A stretch of 64,000 nucleotides of DNA. Origin: an uncultured Christensenellaceae bacterium (GTDB lineage: Bacteria > Bacillota > Clostridia > Christensenellales > CAG-1252). The notes beneath the pieces were generated by a model that did no database searches, was not told the DNA's origin, and saw nothing but the letters and a program-made list of their open reading frames with translations. Every line of letters begins with the position of its first letter. Within the stretch, counting starts at the first letter, position 1. The translations under genes and the position numbers were made by a program. Location of the stretch: NCBI GenBank assembly GCA_964368645.1, contig CAYJBY010000004.1:11343-75342 (forward strand). The letters run 5' to 3'. Positions 37,731 through 51,185 of this stretch are shown piece by piece.

Positions 37731-40028
37731 ATGAGGAGATTCTGGGTTTTTATGTTGTTATGTATGCTTGCCATAGCGTTATGCGCTTGCAAAACCGAAG
37801 CCGATGATTTTAAGGACGAGGGAAAGACGTACTATTATGTTTCCGATTCAGGTACCCTTGACTATGACAACTATATTCAGTTAATAGGAAATACCTGCAT
37901 AGACGGGAATGAGGTTTTTTCTTACGTAGAGGAGGACGGACGAATATATTTGTCTGATTCAACCTCGGTGATTAACGGAATTACCAACGGTGATATTATC
38001 GTTTTAGAAGGCAAAGGGGCGTTTTATCATACCGAATCAAATTCGGTTGCGTTGCTAAACGTCAGCTGCTCTGTTCACCGATATATGTATGACTACTCCT
38101 GCGTGGATAAGGTATGCGCTATATGCGGAGAGGGCTTTATTCCTGCAACTACAGCCCACTCGCCGAATAACGATTGCCTTTGCGCCGTATGCGGAAAAAC
38201 CGTTCACGGATTAAAAAACGGCAACTATTGTATTCATAATGACGAGGTTTATTGCGGCGAATATCCTACCACAAAGAAAATCGAAGGGGTAAAGGTTGGA
38301 AGCGCGGCTAATACCAATGGATATTATTACGGTTCGGACGGCTGTTGCTACTCCAAAACTCTAGCTACTCCCTGCGGTAAAGGACATACTTTTTCGGACG
38401 GCAGTGAGATAGTCGAGCGAGAGGGTGGGGCGCAAAAGGAATACTATTTTGCCGTAGAACCGATAAAATGGAGAATTATTGATAAAAACGAGGGCACGGT
38501 TTTTTTGCTTTGCGACCTGATAATTGAGGGCAATGCTTATCAAACAGACGTAAAAACGCGTGAGGACGGGAATTCTTACGTGGGCAATACCTCTTATTAC
38601 GCCAACAATTATTATCAGAGCGCAATTCGCCGATTGCTTAACGACGGCTTTTATAACAGTGCCTTTACTGCGGCGCAACGAAACCTCATAATAAGCAAAA
38701 CAGTTGTTAATACCGCGGCGTCAAGCGGCTACGGCAGTAATATTTATGCTTGCCAAAATTCTCAAGATAAGCTGTTTTTATTAAGTCAATCCGAAGTAAC
38801 GAATGCGGCGTATTTCGGCGAAAACAGCTTACTCAATCCTGTTTTCAATAAGAGAGTTTCCGATTATGCCAGATGCAAAGGCGTTTTTGCGGAATTATCG
38901 GGTAGTGCGACGGACGGCAACGGTTATTGGTGGTTGCGTTCTCCGTGCAATGACGATAGCAATAGGGTGCAATACGTTACGACGAATGGTTTGGAAAGCA
39001 CCTTCGGCGAGTTATCCAACTACACAAACAGTACGCTTTTCGGTGTGGTGCCTGCAATGTGGCTTACGATTTGCAGCGAACACGTTTACGGCTCGGTGCC
39101 GTCCTGTTGCGGAAAAGCGTGCTTAACTTGCGGCGGCGGATACGTAGCTCCTGTCGGTCAGCACAACCTCAACGGTCAGTGCGTATGCGCGTATTGCGGA
39201 AGAACGCAACACGCCTTAACCACATATTGTAAGCACGGTGATTACATATATTTCGGCGAGTATCCCACCACAATCAAAAACGTCGGCGTATGCGTAGGCT
39301 CCTACACAATAGACGGTTATTATTTAGGCTCGGACGGTTGCCGATATGCAAAAAAAATTGCACAGCCTTATGGATACGACTATAGATTTTCGGACGGCTC
39401 CGAGCTTAAAACAGGCAGAACGTACTATTATAAGGTGGAGCCTATTAAGTGGAGAGTATTGCTTGAGGACGGCAGTAAAGCGACAATGCTTTGCGAAACC
39501 GTAATCGATGCGAAAAGATTTGACGATAACAGTAACAGGTATAATGAAAGCGAGCTTCGCAGTTGGTTGAACGGCGCACTTTACCAGTCTGCTTTTTCCG
39601 TCGGTCAAAAGTCCATTATCGATACCACGGCAGTGGACAACAGCCCCGAAAGCACGGGAAATCCCAATACGCTATATGCGTGTGCCACAACTAACGACAA
39701 GATATATTTGGCAGGATATTACGAAATTGTCACTTGTGACTACTATGAGTCTTTAGGTCGTAACGGGTTGATTGATTTTTGTAAAATGCAGAACGGCGTA
39801 GTTATTTCCTCGCCCGATCCGGAAATCGTCGCCGCGGCTAAGAATACCAGCGATTATGCAAGGGGAAACGGCTGTTGGATTAATACCGAAACTAACGGGT
39901 ACGGCAGCAGTTGGTGGTGGCTGCGTTCTCCTGATGCGGAAGGTATGGCGCGTTTGCTTCCGTGCCCGGGTGTAGTCACGGATAGCAGTTACGGTGTTCT
40001 CCCGATGTGCAGGATTTCCTTAAGCTAA
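37731..40028 (+). CDS. Large secreted/lipoprotein-like hypothetical protein made of two tandem copies of a Cys-rich module of about 310 aa
   Basis: ATG follows GGGAGG. Signal peptide MRRFWVFMLLCMLAIALCAC. Module 1 runs from about aa 130 to 445, module 2 from about aa 455 to the end. Each has a CxxCG..CxCAxCG+T.H.L knot, YxGEYPTT, GYYxGSDGC, VEPIKWR and a terminal WWLRSP motif. GC is lower than in the flanking genes. Confidence 0.6.
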   Translation: MRRFWVFMLLCMLAIALCACKTEADDFKDEGKTYYYVSDSGTLDYDNYIQLIGNTCIDGNEVFSYVEEDGRIYLSDSTSVINGITNGDIIVLEGKGAFYHTESNSVALLNVSCSVHRYMYDYSCVDKVCAICGEGFIPATTAHSPNNDCLCAVCGKTVHGLKNGNYCIHNDEVYCGEYPTTKKIEGVKVGSAANTNGYYYGSDGCCYSKTLATPCGKGHTFSDGSEIVEREGGAQKEYYFAVEPIKWRIIDKNEGTVFLLCDLIIEGNAYQTDVKTREDGNSYVGNTSYYANNYYQSAIRRLLNDGFYNSAFTAAQRNLIISKTVVNTAASSGYGSNIYACQNSQDKLFLLSQSEVTNAAYFGENSLLNPVFNKRVSDYARCKGVFAELSGSATDGNGYWWLRSPCNDDSNRVQYVTTNGLESTFGELSNYTNSTLFGVVPAMWLTICSEHVYGSVPSCCGKACLTCGGGYVAPVGQHNLNGQCVCAYCGRTQHALTTYCKHGDYIYFGEYPTTIKNVGVCVGSYTIDGYYLGSDGCRYAKKIAQPYGYDYRFSDGSELKTGRTYYYKVEPIKWRVLLEDGSKATMLCETVIDAKRFDDNSNRYNESELRSWLNGALYQSAFSVGQKSIIDTTAVDNSPESTGNPNTLYACATTNDKIYLAGYYEIVTCDYYESLGRNGLIDFCKMQNGVVISSPDPEIVAAAKNTSDYARGNGCWINTETNGYGSSWWWLRSPDAEGMARLLPCPGVVTDSSYGVLPMCRISLS

Positions 40029-40121
40029 AAAATCCCCGACAAAGGGCGAAACTCCGAAAAAACTGCGGTGACAATCCCTTGAAACCCAAAAGATTAAATT
40101 ATGCGTAAGCTCCTAAAACGA

Positions 40122-43729
<3,608 letters not shown>

Positions 43730-43821
43730 TCGTCATAGAGAACACATAAGACAATTGACCGCCGCCGCTTTAACCAAGGTTATGCGAGGTTGAGGATAGG
43801 CAGAGGTTCGATTAACAAAAG

Positions 43822-43852
43822 AAAACTCCAAGGTTCGCCTTGGAGTTTTTTT
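43822..43852 (+). terminator. Rho-independent terminator after PFOR
   Basis: Perfect 12-bp stem AAAACTCCAAGG-ttcg-CCTTGGAGTTTT plus a T-run. Confidence 0.75.
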
Positions 43853-44210
43853 ATGCGCGGATAGTTATATCACGACCGACTTTCTTTCTATACACTTGCT
43901 TTTTTCGACGGCTATCGCGCGTGGCGCACGTTGCGCGCGCGTACCTATAATATCCTAGGTTTGCGCTTAACCCAAACATGCTAAACTGAACCTAGTTGAA
44001 CCTAATTGAACTCTCGCAATACTGTGTTACAGCATTGCACTTATACATAACTCAACTTAACCCCTTTTAATCCAATTGAACCGACGTAAGTACACTAAGG
44101 TAAAGCTTATCGAAACTGTCAAAGAAATAATTTTCGTATTTTCTCAAAAAGGTTGGGACAGTTTGCCGAGTTTCGCGTTAATTAGGTATAACGGTCAATG
44201 AGGAGGATTT

Positions 44211-45830
44211 ATGAAAAAGTGTATAACGGCAATCGTTTTGATAATGAGCTTGCTTTTGACGGTAGGCTTAACAGCTTGCGGCAACACATACAAATACGAC
44301 CAAATGGGAAGCGGTGTGGGCGTTCTTGCGCCTAATGACGCAATAATTGTAAATGAAAACGGCTATGAGAATTATAAGAAAGCTATCGATAGTGCGCAAG
44401 CGGAATACGTCAAGCAGCTTCAAAACGCAGGTATAGCGATTGGCGGCGATACCTATACGGGCATAATCGAAAACGGATTTGTTTCCTCCGCCGAAACTCC
44501 CGACAGTTATTTTTCCATTGACGCTAACACGGCAAGTTATCCCAAACTCCGCAGTCTTATCAACAACGGCTACAGTATCGATAAGGACGCGGTTCGCGTG
44601 GAGGAAATGCTCAATTATTTTAACTACGAGTACGACACTCCCGACGACGGCTCAATTCTTTCTCTGACCTCATCGGTGTTCGATAATCCTTACAATAGGG
44701 AAACCAAGCTATTGACGTTGGGCTTAGCGGCACAGAAGGTCGAGGTCAGCAATGTACGCAACAATCTGGTTTTCTTAATTGACGTCAGCGGCTCTATGTT
44801 CGGCGAGGACAGACTCGGCTTGGTGCAGAACGCCTTTAAGTTGCTGACCGAGAACCTAAACGACGAGGACAGAATCTCCATTGTGACCTACGCAGGCAGT
44901 GAAAGAGTCGCGTTAGACGGAGCCTACGGTTACGAAAAGGACAAGATTAACGCCGTTATCACCGACTTGGAGTCAGGCGGCTCCACCGCAGGCGGCGCAG
45001 GTATCAATTCGGCATACGCCTTAGCGGAAAAGTATTTTATCGCCAACGGCAACAACAGAGTGATACTGGCTACGGACGGAGATTTTAACGTAGGCGTATC
45101 GGACGTTGAAGGACTGAAAACGCTAATCGGCGCAAAACGCGAAACGGGGGTTTTCTTCTCGGCTTTCGGCGTTGGTTACGGCAATTATCGGGCGGAGTCA
45201 ATGGAAGCAATGGCGTTGGCAGGCAACGGCACGTACAGCTATTTAGACAGTATCGCCGAGGCAAGACGCGCTCTCGTACAGCAGATAGGCGGTACGCTTA
45301 TAACCGTTGCCAAGGACGTTAAGGCAGGGATAACCTTTGATCCCCAATACGTTGACAGCTACCGACTTGTGGGCTACGAGAACAAGCTGATGAGTGAGGA
45401 AGAGTTTAACGACGTTAAGACGGACGCAGGGGAGTTGGGCAGCGGTCATACCTCTACGGTGGTCTATGAGCTTAAGCTAAAAGACGCCGCGCTTACCGAT
45501 AACGCGGCAGGCGGCACGACCTTGGCAGGCAGTCTGGGCAAGGTGATTATCCGCTACAAGGAGCCTAACGCCGCCGAGAACGCGGAATCCAAGGAACTTC
45601 AACTGCCTATAGCCGCCGACAGCTACCGTATGGAGCTAAACGATAACGACAAATTCGTTTCCGCAGTGGTGGCGTTTGCGTTAGTCCTCCGCAATTCGGT
45701 CTATAAGGGTGACGCGAATATTCAAACGGTGCTTTCTCTGCTTGACGGTCAGGATTTTGCAGACTGTGAGGATCGGGCAGATTTCAAGGAGACGGTCAAA
45801 GCCTACGCGAACGCCTATCCGAAAGAGTAA
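44211..45830 (+). CDS. von Willebrand factor A-domain lipoprotein (YfbK-like)
   Basis: Lipoprotein signal ending LTACG. vWA MIDAS motif LIDVSGSM. RBS GGAGGA. Confidence 0.8.
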   Translation: MKKCITAIVLIMSLLLTVGLTACGNTYKYDQMGSGVGVLAPNDAIIVNENGYENYKKAIDSAQAEYVKQLQNAGIAIGGDTYTGIIENGFVSSAETPDSYFSIDANTASYPKLRSLINNGYSIDKDAVRVEEMLNYFNYEYDTPDDGSILSLTSSVFDNPYNRETKLLTLGLAAQKVEVSNVRNNLVFLIDVSGSMFGEDRLGLVQNAFKLLTENLNDEDRISIVTYAGSERVALDGAYGYEKDKINAVITDLESGGSTAGGAGINSAYALAEKYFIANGNNRVILATDGDFNVGVSDVEGLKTLIGAKRETGVFFSAFGVGYGNYRAESMEAMALAGNGTYSYLDSIAEARRALVQQIGGTLITVAKDVKAGITFDPQYVDSYRLVGYENKLMSEEEFNDVKTDAGELGSGHTSTVVYELKLKDAALTDNAAGGTTLAGSLGKVIIRYKEPNAAENAESKELQLPIAADSYRMELNDNDKFVSAVVAFALVLRNSVYKGDANIQTVLSLLDGQDFADCEDRADFKETVKAYANAYPKE

Positions 45831-45869
45831 AAAAACTACAAATTTTCTTCTAAAATCCGCATATTACGG

Positions 45870-45900
45870 AAACAGTCGCGTTAAACGGCTGTTTTTGTTT
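45870..45900 (+). terminator. Putative terminator after the vWA gene
   Basis: AAACAGTCG-7 nt-CGGCTGTTT stem (one G-U pair) followed by TTGTTT. Confidence 0.4.
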
Positions 45901-45927
45901 GCGCAAGGGTGAAAATAGTGTTATAAT
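45899..45927 (+). promoter_or_regulatory. Putative extended -10 promoter for the ECF S-component gene
   Basis: TTGCGC, 17-nt spacer, TGTTATAAT. Confidence 0.4.
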
Positions 45928-45953
45928 GGCAAAAACCAATTAGGGAGGCAGAT

Positions 45954-46652
45954 ATGGCTGTCAAAAAGAAAGTGGATACCAAAAAGCTGGTTATTCTGGC
46001 ACTTATGCTGGCATTGACAATCATTTTCTGTTTTGTGCCGATAAGCTTCGGCCCCGTGACTTTGGCGCTTATGATACTTCCCACCTTGATAGTGGCGCAG
46101 ACTGAGGACTTGGGCACTACGGCGATTTTGGGCTTTTTTCTGGGCATAGTCAACTATATCGCTTGGTTTACCACCAAGGCGGCGTTGCTTTTGGCTCCTA
46201 TTTTCCAAAATCCCTTGGTGTGCATTCTTCCCCGCGTAATGATAGGTATTGCGGCGTGGCTTTTGCGTAAGGGGTTGGGGCGGCTTCTGCTGAAGGCGAA
46301 ATACGAGGTGACGGAGGACGGTAAGGAACGGCTTACCAACAAGGCGTACCTAGTGTCTATGGAGCAGATTATCGTAGTGGTTTCTACCGCTGTCGGCGTG
46401 TTGGTCAACACGGTTTTCGTAGGACTTTTCACGCTCATATTCTATAACAATACGGTTTTAAGCACCAGCACCACCATCAACATAGAGTTTGTAATGGCTT
46501 GGTTCGGACTTAATTTTTTGATTGAGGTTATATCCTTTTCGCTGATTACGCCTACCATCGTTTTCGCTCTGCGGAAAGCGAAGCTAGTCGCACCGGAGAC
46601 GTACCACCGCGCGGTGAAAAAGCCCGATACCGCTCTCGGCGACAACCTTTAA
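45954..46652 (+). CDS. ECF transporter substrate-specific (S) component, substrate unknown
   Basis: Small polytopic membrane protein. Sits immediately upstream of ecfA1-ecfA2-ecfT. RBS GGGAGG. Confidence 0.6.
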   Translation: MAVKKKVDTKKLVILALMLALTIIFCFVPISFGPVTLALMILPTLIVAQTEDLGTTAILGFFLGIVNYIAWFTTKAALLLAPIFQNPLVCILPRVMIGIAAWLLRKGLGRLLLKAKYEVTEDGKERLTNKAYLVSMEQIIVVVSTAVGVLVNTVFVGLFTLIFYNNTVLSTSTTINIEFVMAWFGLNFLIEVISFSLITPTIVFALRKAKLVAPETYHRAVKKPDTALGDNL

Positions 46653-46799
46653 GAAGGGAAGCTAAGGGGCGCGGACGGATTTTTTATCCCTTTTCTGCTA
46701 ATATTACGGAGAATTCGCCTCGGGCGCAGGTTTATAGCCTGAGGAAAAGCATGCACATACGTTTTACTTTTTCAGGTAAGACGTGATATAATCATAGCT

Positions 46800-47642
46800 A
46801 TGTTAGCTTTGGAATTACGAAACGTCGGTTTTGAATACGCGGTTGAGGGCGAAACGCCTGTCAACGCCCTCAAGGGCGTTTCTTTTTCTGTTGAGCAGGG
46901 CGAATTTGTTTGCATATTGGGCGCGAACGGCAGCGGTAAAAGCACTCTTGCCAAGCTCCTTAACGGACTTTTGACGCCTACCGTCGGCACGGTGCTTGTT
47001 TTCGGCAAGGACACCACCGACGACACCAAGGGCGGTATTTACGAAATTCGCAGTAAAGTGGGTATGGTTTTTCAGAACCCCGACAATCAGATGGTTGCAA
47101 GCATAATCGAGGACGACATAGCTTTCGGCCCCGAAAATCTCGGCATTGACCGCGAGGAAATCGGCAGACGTATCGACTGGGCGCTTAAGGTCACGGGTAT
47201 GACGGAGTTTCGCCGTCACACGCCCTACAAGCTTTCGGGCGGTCAAAAACAGCGCATTGCCATCGCCTCCGTACTTGCAATGAAGCCGCAGGTTTTGGTG
47301 CTTGACGAGTCAACCGCTATGCTTGATCCGCAGGGACGTCGGGAGGTTATGGAGGTTTTGACAACCCTGAACCGCAACGAGGGAATGACCGTTCTTCACA
47401 TTACACACCATATGGAGGAGGCGGAGGAAGCCGACCGCGTTTTGGTTATGAACGAGGGCAGACTGACCTTTGACGGTACGCCCAAGCAACTGTTTTTCGA
47501 CAAGGACACGGTTGCCGCGTCCGATTTGGAATTACCCGTATTATACGATATAATCGACAGACTTAAGGCTGTCGGATTCGACGTTCCCGAGGACGTTGCC
47601 GACGAGAAAGGTCTGGCGGAGGCTATATGGAAATCGAAGTAA
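46800..47642 (+). CDS. ecfA1: Energy-coupling-factor transporter ATPase EcfA1
   Basis: Walker A GANGSGKST, signature LSGGQKQR, Walker B VLVLDE. Confidence 0.9.
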   Translation: MLALELRNVGFEYAVEGETPVNALKGVSFSVEQGEFVCILGANGSGKSTLAKLLNGLLTPTVGTVLVFGKDTTDDTKGGIYEIRSKVGMVFQNPDNQMVASIIEDDIAFGPENLGIDREEIGRRIDWALKVTGMTEFRRHTPYKLSGGQKQRIAIASVLAMKPQVLVLDESTAMLDPQGRREVMEVLTTLNRNEGMTVLHITHHMEEAEEADRVLVMNEGRLTFDGTPKQLFFDKDTVAASDLELPVLYDIIDRLKAVGFDVPEDVADEKGLAEAIWKSK

Positions 47643-48490
47643 GGGATTTAAGCTACGTTTACGGTAAGAAAACCCCTTACGAAAAGAGGGCTCTTGACAA
47701 TTTAAACATTTCGGTGGAGAAAGGGGAATTTTTGGCTATAGTCGGTCATACCGGCAGCGGCAAAAGTACCTTCGTTCAGCACCTCAACGGACTGATAAAG
47801 CTTACCGAGGGCAAAATTCAGATTTTGGATATCGATTTGACCGCCAAAAAACCCGATTATAAGCGGTTGCGTACCTCTGTCGGTATGGTGTTTCAGTATC
47901 CGGAATATCAGCTTTTTGACGAAACGGTGGCTAAGGACGTGGCTTTCGGACCTCGTAATATAGGTCTTGACAAGGACGAGATTGAGCGTCGCGTGCGCCG
48001 CGCAATCGAGCTGGTGGGTTTAGATTACGACGAGGTTGCGGAAAGGTCGCCCTTCGAGCTTTCGGGCGGTCAAAAACGCCGTGCCGCCATTGCAGGCGTT
48101 ATTGCGATGGAACCTAAGATACTGGTTCTTGACGAGCCGACCGCAGGCTTGGATCCCAAGGGTAAAAGAGATATTATGAGCCTCGTGCGCCGTCTTAAAG
48201 AGGAGATGTGCCACACGGTTATTATGGTTTCCCACGATATGGATTTGGTGGCGGAAACGGCAACTAAGGTCGCCGTCTTCAACAGCGGCAAGCTTGCCGC
48301 CTATACCACGCCGCAGGAGCTTTTCAGCGACAGAGCCGCCCTTTTGGAATGGGGCTTGGATATACCCGAAGCGGCTAAGGTCGCCGAGGAACTTCGTGCC
48401 TTGGGTATGAAGCTTTCGCCCGATTGCATCACCGCCGAAAAACTGGTTGCCGAGCTGAGCGCGTACAGGGGAGGGAACCGTAATGAATAA
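47627..48490 (+). CDS. ecfA2: Energy-coupling-factor transporter ATPase EcfA2
   Basis: Walker A GHTGSGKST, signature LSGGQKRR. Overlaps ecfA1. Confidence 0.9.
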   Translation: MEIEVRDLSYVYGKKTPYEKRALDNLNISVEKGEFLAIVGHTGSGKSTFVQHLNGLIKLTEGKIQILDIDLTAKKPDYKRLRTSVGMVFQYPEYQLFDETVAKDVAFGPRNIGLDKDEIERRVRRAIELVGLDYDEVAERSPFELSGGQKRRAAIAGVIAMEPKILVLDEPTAGLDPKGKRDIMSLVRRLKEEMCHTVIMVSHDMDLVAETATKVAVFNSGKLAAYTTPQELFSDRAALLEWGLDIPEAAKVAEELRALGMKLSPDCITAEKLVAELSAYRGGNRNE

Positions 48491-49319
48491 TATTTCCTTC
48501 GGACAGTACTACCCCTCCGACTCCGCAGTCCATCATCTTGATCCAAGACTTAAGCTGCTTTTAATGCTTGCTTATATCATACTTATTTTTTTCATTGACA
48601 GCTTTAGTTCTTACGCAATATGCGCTATTTTTGTATTGACGATCACCCTTATTGCCAAGATTCCTCTCCGCACCCTTTTTAAGAGCGTCAAGGCGGTTTT
48701 GGTACTGGTGATTTTTATCAGTATAATCAACGTACTGTTTTACAAGAGCGACGCCGCTCCGCTTTGGGGTTGGTGGAAAATCAATATTTATTTGGACGGT
48801 ATCCTGTTCGCGCTGAAGATGGCTCTGCGCCTGATTCTGTTGGTTTTAGGACCTGCGCTTATGACATTTACCACCACACCGATGGAACTGACCGACGGCT
48901 TGGAAAGTCTGCTTTCCCCTCTCAAGGTTATTAAGGTTCCCGTTCACGACATCGCAATGATAATGAGTATCGCCCTGCGTATGATTCCTGCGCTTATGGA
49001 GGAGACGGGCAAAATCACTATGGCGCAAAAGGCAAGGGGCGCAGACTTAGACACAGGCAGTCTTGCGAAACGCGCCAAGGCTTTGGTTCCCGTGCTTGTA
49101 CCCTTGTTCGTGGGGGCTTTCCGCCGCGCGGACGAGCTTGCTCTGGCTATGGATTCCAGATGCTATAACGCCACTCCTCACCGCACGAAATATAAGCTCC
49201 TGCATTTCGGTTGGGGCGATTTGGCGGCTTTTCTGTTTTTCGGCGTTTATATCGCGCTTATCGTAATGAATATCCATTTGTACGACCTTGACTCGCTGAT
49301 ATGGGGCTTGTTCGTATGA
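48483..49319 (+). CDS. ecfT: ECF transporter transmembrane component EcfT
   Basis: CbiQ-family polytopic protein. Overlaps ecfA2 and truA. Confidence 0.85.
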   Translation: MNNISFGQYYPSDSAVHHLDPRLKLLLMLAYIILIFFIDSFSSYAICAIFVLTITLIAKIPLRTLFKSVKAVLVLVIFISIINVLFYKSDAAPLWGWWKINIYLDGILFALKMALRLILLVLGPALMTFTTTPMELTDGLESLLSPLKVIKVPVHDIAMIMSIALRMIPALMEETGKITMAQKARGADLDTGSLAKRAKALVPVLVPLFVGAFRRADELALAMDSRCYNATPHRTKYKLLHFGWGDLAAFLFFGVYIALIVMNIHLYDLDSLIWGLFV

Positions 49320-50050
49320 GAAGAATAGCCGCAACGGTAGAATACCGCGGTACAGCTTACTGCGGTTGGCAAAGACAAAAAAACGGTATGAGCGTTCAGC
49401 AGGCTATGTCCGACGCCTTCTTTAAGCTTTGCGGCGAGAGGGTAACGCTCCACGGAAGCGGAAGAACGGACGCAGGAGTACACGCCTTGGGGCAGGTAAT
49501 CCACTTTGACACGGCGTCCACAATACCTGCGGACAAGCTGCCTTACGCTTGGAATACCGTACTGCCTCCCGACATTCGGGTTAAGGAAGCCCACGAGGAG
49601 AGAGCGGATTTTAACGCCCGTTTCGACGTCAAACGAAAGACCTATGCTTACAAATTCTATACCTCCTGTCATTCCAGTCCTCTGAAAATCGATACGGCTT
49701 GCCATATACCGACGGAACTGGATTACGGGGCTATGTGCCGCGCGGCGAAGCTTTTTGAGGGAACTCACGATTTTAAGGGCTTTCAGGCGACAGGCGGTCA
49801 CGTTAAAACCACAGTGCGCACGATATACTCCGCCAAGGTCATTAGGGACGGAGAGGATTATACTCTAGAGATATGCGGCAACGGTTTTTTGTACAATATG
49901 GTACGGATAATCGCAGGCACGATAGTTTACGTGGGCAAGGGCAAAATCCCTGCGGAGTCTATTCCCGAGATTATCGACAGCTGTGAGCGCAAAAGAGCGG
50001 GGATAACCCTGCCGCCCTACGGCTTGTACCTCAAGCAGGTGGAATATTAA
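49316..50050 (+). CDS. truA: tRNA pseudouridine(38-40) synthase
   Basis: TruA motifs including the catalytic GSGRTDAGVHA. ATGA overlap with the ecfT stop. Confidence 0.9.
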   Translation: MRRIAATVEYRGTAYCGWQRQKNGMSVQQAMSDAFFKLCGERVTLHGSGRTDAGVHALGQVIHFDTASTIPADKLPYAWNTVLPPDIRVKEAHEERADFNARFDVKRKTYAYKFYTSCHSSPLKIDTACHIPTELDYGAMCRAAKLFEGTHDFKGFQATGGHVKTTVRTIYSAKVIRDGEDYTLEICGNGFLYNMVRIIAGTIVYVGKGKIPAESIPEIIDSCERKRAGITLPPYGLYLKQVEY

Positions 50051-50095
50051 GCGAGAATGATATTTGGATTTTCTTAACAAAATCCGAAAAATTGT

Positions 50096-50124
50096 TTGAC
50101 ATTTACCCCATAATATATTATATT
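50096..50124 (+). promoter_or_regulatory. Sigma-A promoter upstream of the rplM leader
   Basis: TTGACA, 17-nt spacer, TATATT. A leader of about 110 nt lies before rplM. Confidence 0.5.
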
Positions 50125-50239
50125 ATTCTTTGTCTATGTACGGAATTCGGAACTAGCCCCTTCGAAGTCTGTATATGCAGCGGAATCCTGAACCGCCGCA
50201 CCGGACGGATAACATTAGATAATAATTGGAGGATTTACC

Positions 50240-50668
50240 ATGAAATCATATATGGCAAAGCCCGAAACAGTTGAACGTAAGTGGTACGTTGTGGACGCAG
50301 AAGGTATGGTTCTCGGCAGACTCGCAAGCCAAGTGGCTTCCGTTTTGCGCGGTAAGAACAAGCCCACCTTTACTCCTAACGTGGATACCGGCGATTACGT
50401 AATCGTTATCAACTGTAGCAAGGTTGTGTTTACAGGCAAAAAGATTGAACAGAAGTCTTATTATCATCATACCGGTTATGTCGGCGGACTTAAGGAAGAG
50501 ACTCTTAAGGACGTTATGGTGAAGAAGCCCGAGTTTGCGGTAGCGCAGGCTATTAAGGGTATGCTTCCCAAGAACGCTCTCGGCAGAAAGATGTACACCA
50601 AGTGCCATCTGTATGCAGGTGCGGAACACGAGCAAAAGGCACAACAGCCTATTGAGCTTAAGTTTTAA
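50240..50668 (+). CDS. rplM: 50S ribosomal protein L13
   Basis: [18 protein letters not shown]-terminus. RBS GGAGG. Confidence 0.95.
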   Translation: MKSYMAKPETVERKWYVVDAEGMVLGRLASQVASVLRGKNKPTFTPNVDTGDYVIVINCSKVVFTGKKIEQKSYYHHTGYVGGLKEETLKDVMVKKPEFAVAQAIKGMLPKNALGRKMYTKCHLYAGAEHEQKAQQPIELKF

Positions 50669-50682
50669 GGAGGTAGGATAAT

Positions 50683-51105
50683 ATGGCTACTACTAAGAAG
50701 ACTGTTAAGAAAAAGGTACAGTATTGGGGTACCGGTCGCCGTAAGAAGGCGATTGCCAGAGTTCGTCTTATCCCCGGCGGAGAGGGCAACATCATCATCA
50801 ACAAGCGTACAATCGACGAGTTTTTCGGCGGCTTAGAGGTTATGAAGACTATCGTTCGTCAGCCCCTTACCCTCACTGACAACACCGCGAAGTACGATAT
50901 AGCCGTTAATGTCAACGGCGGCGGCTTTACCGGTCAGGCGGGTGCAATCCGTCACGGTATCTCCAGAGCTTTGATATTAGCAGAGCCCGAGACCAAGGCT
51001 AAGATCAAGGCCGCAGGTTTCCTGACTCGTGATCCTCGTATGAAGGAGCGTAAGAAGTACGGTCTGAAGAAGGCTCGTAAGGCTCCTCAGTTCAGCAAGA
51101 GATAA
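50683..51105 (+). CDS. rpsI: 30S ribosomal protein S9
   Basis: [14 protein letters not shown] motif and a C-terminal KR. RBS AAGGAGG. Confidence 0.95.
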   Translation: MATTKKTVKKKVQYWGTGRRKKAIARVRLIPGGEGNIIINKRTIDEFFGGLEVMKTIVRQPLTLTDNTAKYDIAVNVNGGGFTGQAGAIRHGISRALILAEPETKAKIKAAGFLTRDPRMKERKKYGLKKARKAPQFSKR

Positions 51106-51127
51106 TCTTGCGGAGCAATCCGAATTT

Positions 51128-51160
51128 CAAAAGGCTTTCCATTACGGAAAGCCTTTTTTC
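51128..51160. terminator. Bidirectional terminator between rpsI and the convergent peptidase gene
   Basis: 11-bp perfect stem AAAGGCTTTCC-attac-GGAAAGCCTTT followed by T6. Confidence 0.75.
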
Positions 51161-51185
51161 GTTGTTTGCTTATTATTGATATGCG

